IMG/VR virus record: IMGVR_UViG_3300048598_000092
Location: 1 to 29,233 of that record
Direction: 5' to 3' (one strand)
Origin: a virus
Taxonomy: Duplodnaviria > Caudoviricetes
DNA: 29,233 nt
The notes under the pieces are model-generated. The model was not told the DNA's origin, did no database searches, and saw nothing but the letters and a program-made list of their open reading frames with translations. A program made the position numbers and the translations under genes. Of this stretch, positions 25,344 to 29,233 are shown in pieces. Positions within the stretch are counted from its first letter, which is position 1. Every line of letters starts with the position of its first letter.

Positions 25344-26798
25344 ATGGGCACTCGCATCCAGTACGACTTCGAGGGCGCCGTCGACACCACAGCATCTGCT
25401 GCAGCAGTAGGCGCAACGGGCGGCGCCGGCACATGGTACTTCCGCGGCGGGGCCAGGGTGGGCAGCACCTGCCTTTCCTGCGAAGCCAACACCAGCTCGG
25501 CGAACCGTAGGTTCACCCTCACCGCCGGTCTTGCCCAGGGCCAGTCGATCTGGGTCAAGCTGCCAGCCCCCACTTCCGGCAAGAGCGACCGGACCATCCT
25601 CGCCTTCCGCGCCAGCGGCACCGTGGTGGCCCGGCTGCGCTACGACTACGCCAGCGCCAGCACAGCCGTCCTCGAGTTCGCGCAGGCTGGGTCGCCCGGC
25701 ACCGTCACCGCGCTTGGCACCGTGACCGCCGACGGCTCCACATGGGTGGGGCTCACCGTCCTCGTCACCGTGGCCACCGTCAGCACAGGCGAGTACCACA
25801 TCCAGCTGTTCGACACGACCGGCGCCCAGATCGGCTCCACCGTCGATGTCACCAACGCCAACCTCGGCACAGCCAACCTGGTCGAACTCGACCTCGGCAC
25901 CCTCGGCAGCTTCGACGAGGGACCCACGGTGCGCTACGACAGCCTGACGATCGAGGATGCCCCCGCCGGCTTCCTACCGCTGGCAGGCCTGACCGACGGC
26001 ACGCTCACCGCTGCCATCATGGCCGGGACCGCTGCAGCCGTGGCACCCGTCCTGACGGGCGGCACGTCCGGGCAGCTGACCGCAGCCCCCATGTCAGCGT
26101 CGGCGGCCGCGGTGCCGCCGACCCTCGAGGGTGAGGTCGCGGTGTCCGGCGGCGGGCCCATGTCCGGCACCGCACAGGCCCTCGTCGCCGCGATCGCCGG
26201 CAGCCGCAGCGGCACGCTCGGCGCGGCCCCAATGACGGCCGCCAGCCAGGCGCTCACCGGGCAGATGACCGGCGGCACGTCGGCCAGTCTCACCGCGACG
26301 CCCATGCCGGGCGCGGCGGCCGCACCGGCCGGCATGCTGGCCGGGCAGCAGTCCAGGCAGGTCGCGGCGGTCGTGACGTCCGCGGCCGCCATGGCGATCC
26401 CCGCCGCCATCTCGGTCGCCAGCCACAGCGCCCTGCAGGCGCCCACCATGACGGCCGCCGCCCAGACGCCCACCCCCGACCTGGCGGCGTCCCGCAGCAG
26501 CGTCCTGGCCCCGCCGGCCGCCACCTGTGCGGCCGCGGTGCTGGCAGGGATCACCGCCGGGGAGCAGGCTGTCGTTCTGCGCGCGGTGGCGGCACTCGCC
26601 GCAGCCACTGCGCTGGCCGCGGCGCTGCCGGCGACCAGGTCCGGCCAGCTCTCCGTCCAGGCGATGCCCGCCACGGCCGTGATGCTGGAGCCCGCACTGT
26701 CCGGGGGGAGCGTGTCCTACCCGACGCCGGCGAGGCGCCGGCTCAGGTTCGGCGGTCCGGGCGCCCGGATCACCTTCGGAAGGAGGAGGGGACGGTGA
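25344..26798 (+). CDS. Fibre-like protein: N-terminal beta-sandwich plus ~10 Ala-rich 24-aa repeats
   Basis: RBS GGAGGAGG; YDFEG...RYDSLTI lectin-like bounds, then periodic GxLxAxxMxAxAxA repeats. Confidence 0.7.
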   Translation: MGTRIQYDFEGAVDTTASAAAVGATGGAGTWYFRGGARVGSTCLSCEANTSSANRRFTLTAGLAQGQSIWVKLPAPTSGKSDRTILAFRASGTVVARLRYDYASASTAVLEFAQAGSPGTVTALGTVTADGSTWVGLTVLVTVATVSTGEYHIQLFDTTGAQIGSTVDVTNANLGTANLVELDLGTLGSFDEGPTVRYDSLTIEDAPAGFLPLAGLTDGTLTAAIMAGTAAAVAPVLTGGTSGQLTAAPMSASAAAVPPTLEGEVAVSGGGPMSGTAQALVAAIAGSRSGTLGAAPMTAASQALTGQMTGGTSASLTATPMPGAAAAPAGMLAGQQSRQVAAVVTSAAAMAIPAAISVASHSALQAPTMTAAAQTPTPDLAASRSSVLAPPAATCAAAVLAGITAGEQAVVLRAVAALAAATALAAALPATRSGQLSVQAMPATAVMLEPALSGGSVSYPTPARRRLRFGGPGARITFGRRRGR

Positions 26799-27097
26799 GC
26801 GACATCACCAGATGGATCCGGCCGGGCAGCCGGCTCGACTTCCTGTTCGAGCTGCCGGCGTCGTGGGCGGCCGAGGGAGACACCATCACCAGCAAGCAGA
26901 TCACCGTGGTGCCCGTGGGAGCGACGGTGACTGCCGACGCGGGCACGATCGTGGAGGATGGGGCTGCAGTGCTCGTTTGGGTCGGTGGCGGCCAGGACGA
27001 AGAGCGCGCCACCATCCGGTGCACGATCACGACCGCTGCCGGACGGATCGACACGAAGGATCTGGCTGTGGTGGTCGGATACCACGACGGCCCCTGA
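26795..27097 (+). CDS. Small phage structural/adaptor-like protein
   Basis: GTGA coupling, RBS AGGAGGAGG; P...LDFLF...W...GDTI...VWVGGG...CTITT.AGR pattern. Confidence 0.7.
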   Translation: MSDITRWIRPGSRLDFLFELPASWAAEGDTITSKQITVVPVGATVTADAGTIVEDGAAVLVWVGGGQDEERATIRCTITTAAGRIDTKDLAVVVGYHDGP

Positions 27098-27115
27098 CCC
27101 CCCCTTGCATGGCGG

Positions 27116-27150
27116 AAGCGCCCCACCCGGTTGGGTGGGGCGCTTTCGTT
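27116..27150. terminator. Intrinsic terminator between convergent units
   Basis: Perfect 13-bp stem AAGCGCCCCACCC / GGGTGGGGCGCTT, GGTT loop, followed by TCGTT. Confidence 0.85.
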
Positions 27151-27161
27151 GCGTTCTGGAC

Positions 27162-27428
27162 TTACCACCTCAGCGCGCGCCGCACGTCTGCTCTCGGTAG
27201 CCAGGATCGGCGCACCACGCCATGGCGCTCCCACTCGACCCTGACCGCATCGTCGTCCACCCACAGCAGCCTGGCCGGCACGACCTCGATACCGGACGGC
27301 CAGACCAGACGTGCGAGGACTAGGCGGTGCTGCCCGTTGTAGCCGCGCTTCGGGCCGTGCGGCTCCGACATGCTGTTGCGGGGCGCCGGGTAGAGCTGCT
27401 CGGAGTCGTCGTTATGGCCGTACACCAC
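27162..27428 (-). CDS. Small hypothetical protein (SH3-like pattern); start GTG 27428/27425 or ATG 27371
   Basis: VPARLLWVDDDAVRVEW...WLPRADVRR; ends at the terminator; start uncertain. Confidence 0.65.
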   Translation of the reverse strand: MVYGHNDDSEQLYPAPRNSMSEPHGPKRGYNGQHRLVLARLVWPSGIEVVPARLLWVDDDAVRVEWERHGVVRRSWLPRADVRRALRW

Positions 27429-27435
27429 GCCATTA

Positions 27436-27451
27436 TCGAACGGTGAATCGA
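27436..27451. promoter_or_regulatory. LexA (SOS)-box-like site
   Basis: TCGAAC-GGTG-AATCGA versus actinobacterial consensus TCGAAC-N4-GTTCGA; overlaps GATAAT on the - strand. Confidence 0.5.
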
Positions 27452-27462
27452 ACAGGAGTAGG

Positions 27463-28164
27463 TCAGGCCACGCAAGCCTTCGCCTTCGCCAGCGCCTCCG
27501 GCGTGAAGTCACCCGAACCGGCCGGCCCCCACCCGGACACGCTCGACGCCGTCGAATCCACCGACAGCACCGAGGCTGGGTCCGTGATCGAGTCCAGCAG
27601 CCACACCCCCACCTCGCCGCTGCGCAGCTTCAAAGCCACCAGGTAGGAGCCTGTCCCGCTCGTCACCGCGCCGGACCCGACCGCCGTCCTGCCGCTGTCG
27701 GCCAGGATCGCGTCCGCGACCCCGTCCGCGATCAGACGGCACTCGGCCGGATCGACCGTCACCGACGGAGACGGCGAGGCGGATGGGGTGGCGCTCGCCG
27801 CGACCGCCACCCATGCGGCCGACCCGGCGCTGGCGCACGTCCCCATCAGGCCGGACAGGGAGGTGAGGAAGCCGAAGCCGCCCGACGTGTCGCCCGCCCC
27901 CACCTTCTCCAGCGACGCCAGCAGCGGCGCGAACGCGCCCTTGGTCTCGCCGTCGCCGGCGTCGACGATCGCCTTGACCTTCGGCAGCAGCCTGGCCAGG
28001 GCGTCCGCGTCTGGCGCGGCCGTGCCGGTGTCGAGGTCGGCGGTGATCGCTTGGTGCAGCTGGTCGCACGACGTCCTGAGGTCGGCTTGTGTCGAGCAGC
28101 TGGTGAGGCCGGCCATGAGCAGGAGGCCGGCGAGGGCAGGGGCAAGCTTCATAGTGCTCATCAT
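27463..28164 (-). CDS. Lipoprotein (prophage cargo)
   Basis: MKLAPALAGLLLMAGLTS-C lipobox; Ser/Pro linker; start at ATG 28164, 28161 or 28152. Confidence 0.8.
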   Translation of the reverse strand: MMSTMKLAPALAGLLLMAGLTSCSTQADLRTSCDQLHQAITADLDTGTAAPDADALARLLPKVKAIVDAGDGETKGAFAPLLASLEKVGAGDTSGGFGFLTSLSGLMGTCASAGSAAWVAVAASATPSASPSPSVTVDPAECRLIADGVADAILADSGRTAVGSGAVTSGTGSYLVALKLRSGEVGVWLLDSITDPASVLSVDSTASSVSGWGPAGSGDFTPEALAKAKACVA

Positions 28165-28192
28165 GCCCCCGCCCTCGCGGCGCCGCTGGCTT

Positions 28193-29008
28193 TCAGGCCG
28201 CATGATGCAGGGCGTCCCGCAGTTGGCCGGCGTCGGTGCCGACGTACCGCTGCGTCGTCGCTAAGCTCGCATGGCCTAGCATCTTCTGGATCGCCCGCAG
28301 GTCGTGGGTCTCGGCGTTGATCTTCGTGGCGAATCGGCGGCGCAGACTGTGCGCCGTCCAGCCCTTCAGCTCGCGCGAGATCAGCACACCGGCGTAGTTC
28401 GCAGCGAGATGTCCAGTTTGGGAGTTCGGGCTCGGTGACGGGAAAAGCCAGCCGGGCCCGGCTGCGATTATCCGGGCGGCGATGTCGTCGTGCAGCGGGA
28501 TCGTCCGCTCACGCGCCCCCTTCCCGTGCACGACCAGCGACCAGCCGAGCAGGTCCCGGCGCAGATCGCGGGAGTGGATGGCGACGATCTCGCACCGGCG
28601 GAGGCCCTGCCTGGCGCCGAGGTCGACCATGAGCTGCACGCGAGGGTCGACGCAAGTTGTCCGGACCACATCTTCGGGTGCCGGGTTGGGCTCGAGGATG
28701 GGGCGCTTGATCGTCGGCAGATCCAGCGCGGGGTTGCGGCGGATCCTCCCTGCCGCCGCAAGGTACGCGTAGAAGCTCCGGAACGTCGCCCGAACGCTGT
28801 ACTTGGTGGCCGGCGACCAGTCGTCCCTCGCCAGGTGTCGGGCAAGGTCGGGGGTCGTAGCGGCCCGGATGCTGCCGGGGTAGTCCTCGGCGAAGCGTCG
28901 CAGCTGCCAGGACCTGAGATAGAGCGTGCTCCGCGGCTTGCCAGCAGCCTGCTGCGCGGTGGTGAAGTCGGCAATATCGGCCGCCGACTGCTTGGTGATT
29001 CTTCCCAT
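28193..29008 (-). CDS. int: Tyrosine recombinase/integrase lacking an arm-binding domain (alternative start 29065)
   Basis: Catalytic R (GLRRCE), K (HGKG), HxxR (HSLRR), H (LGH), Y (TQRY); about 271 aa; ends ...HHAA. Confidence 0.92.
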   Translation of the reverse strand: MGRITKQSAADIADFTTAQQAAGKPRSTLYLRSWQLRRFAEDYPGSIRAATTPDLARHLARDDWSPATKYSVRATFRSFYAYLAAAGRIRRNPALDLPTIKRPILEPNPAPEDVVRTTCVDPRVQLMVDLGARQGLRRCEIVAIHSRDLRRDLLGWSLVVHGKGARERTIPLHDDIAARIIAAGPGWLFPSPSPNSQTGHLAANYAGVLISRELKGWTAHSLRRRFATKINAETHDLRAIQKMLGHASLATTQRYVGTDAGQLRDALHHAA

Positions 29009-29015
29009 GTCATAC

Positions 29016-29037
29016 ATCTTGATGGGGCGATCCGACA
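29016..29037 (-). promoter_or_regulatory. PafBC/RecA-NDp-type promoter for the integrase
   Basis: - strand TGTCGG-N10-CAAGAT-N7-ATG(29008); consensus TGTCGG-N10-TANNNT. Confidence 0.6.
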
Positions 29038-29103
29038 GTGCGCCAGGAATGACGTAAAGAGCCATCAGGACGCCAAGTAGAGGTGTCGGCCACGGGCTCC
29101 GCG

Positions 29104-29119
29104 TACAACACCTGTTCGA
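29104..29119. promoter_or_regulatory. LexA (SOS)-box-like site near the prophage/host junction
   Basis: - strand TCGAAC-AGGT-GTTGTA. Confidence 0.45.
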
Positions 29120-29133
29120 CGTGTGTCGCGCGG

Positions 29134-29232
29134 TCAGTGCGGGTGGCCACCGGCCATGGTCGCCTCACCGGCCCGGTCGAGCACCTCACGCAGGCCCGCC
29201 GCGGCCCACGCACGCTGCTCGACCGCGCCGGA
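29134..29232 (-). CDS. 3' end of a host gene, possibly glutamate--cysteine ligase (YbdK/GCS2-like)
   Basis: SGAVEQRAWAAAGLREVLDRAGEATMAGGHPH* resembles the GA.RQR...L..V.D C-terminus of that family; only 32 aa visible. Confidence 0.45.
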   Translation of the reverse strand, partial: SGAVEQRAWAAAGLREVLDRAGEATMAGGHPH

Positions 29233-29233
29233 C

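Larger units (their letters stand above)
1..29133. mobile_element. Prophage (temperate siphovirus-like, HK97-type head); left end outside window
   Basis: Continuous, translationally coupled phage gene order: replication, HNH, terminase, portal, protease, capsid, tail, lysis, integrase. Host-like gene begins at ~29134. Right boundary is approximate. Confidence 0.95.

Noticed and set aside
18072-29008. Tail-fibre shufflon driven by the tyrosine recombinase
   Set aside because: No inverted tail cassettes or repeated crossover sites noticed; all tail genes are on the + strand.
29010-29233. tRNA, tmRNA or dif site at the right junction
   Set aside because: No cloverleaf or T-arm stem-loop with CCA end and no recognisable dif arms; GTTCGA at 29114 lacks a flanking T-stem.

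Overview
Right-hand ~29 kb of a temperate, HK97-fold siphovirus-type prophage in a high-GC genome, probably an actinomycete (inferred from gene families and regulatory motifs). On the + strand, left to right: early/replication genes (hexapeptide-repeat protein, RuvC-like resolvase, ParB-domain protein, adenine methyltransferase, Zn/HTH protein, a putative replication initiator with internal repeats and DnaA boxes); HNH; probable cos region; terminase, portal, protease and capsid; tail genes with a -1 frameshift chaperone and tape measure; lysis genes; and a second fibre-like structural cassette ending at a strong hairpin (~27.1 kb). A convergent - strand unit holds a short tyrosine integrase, a lipoprotein and a small protein. 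Host sequence (probable 3' end of a glutamate--cysteine ligase-like gene) appears to resume at ~29134. The left prophage end lies outside the window. Most notable: (1) an endolysin (M15 peptidase + PG-binding) fused to a complete EEP phosphodiesterase domain that has its own in-frame RBS and start; (2) an arm-less, AA-tailed integrase laid out like integration-dependent immunity systems, with no visible tRNA at the junction and a PafBC-type DNA-damage promoter; (3) an Sm-fold small protein between terminase and portal. All assignments come from motif recognition by eye; no database searches were run.
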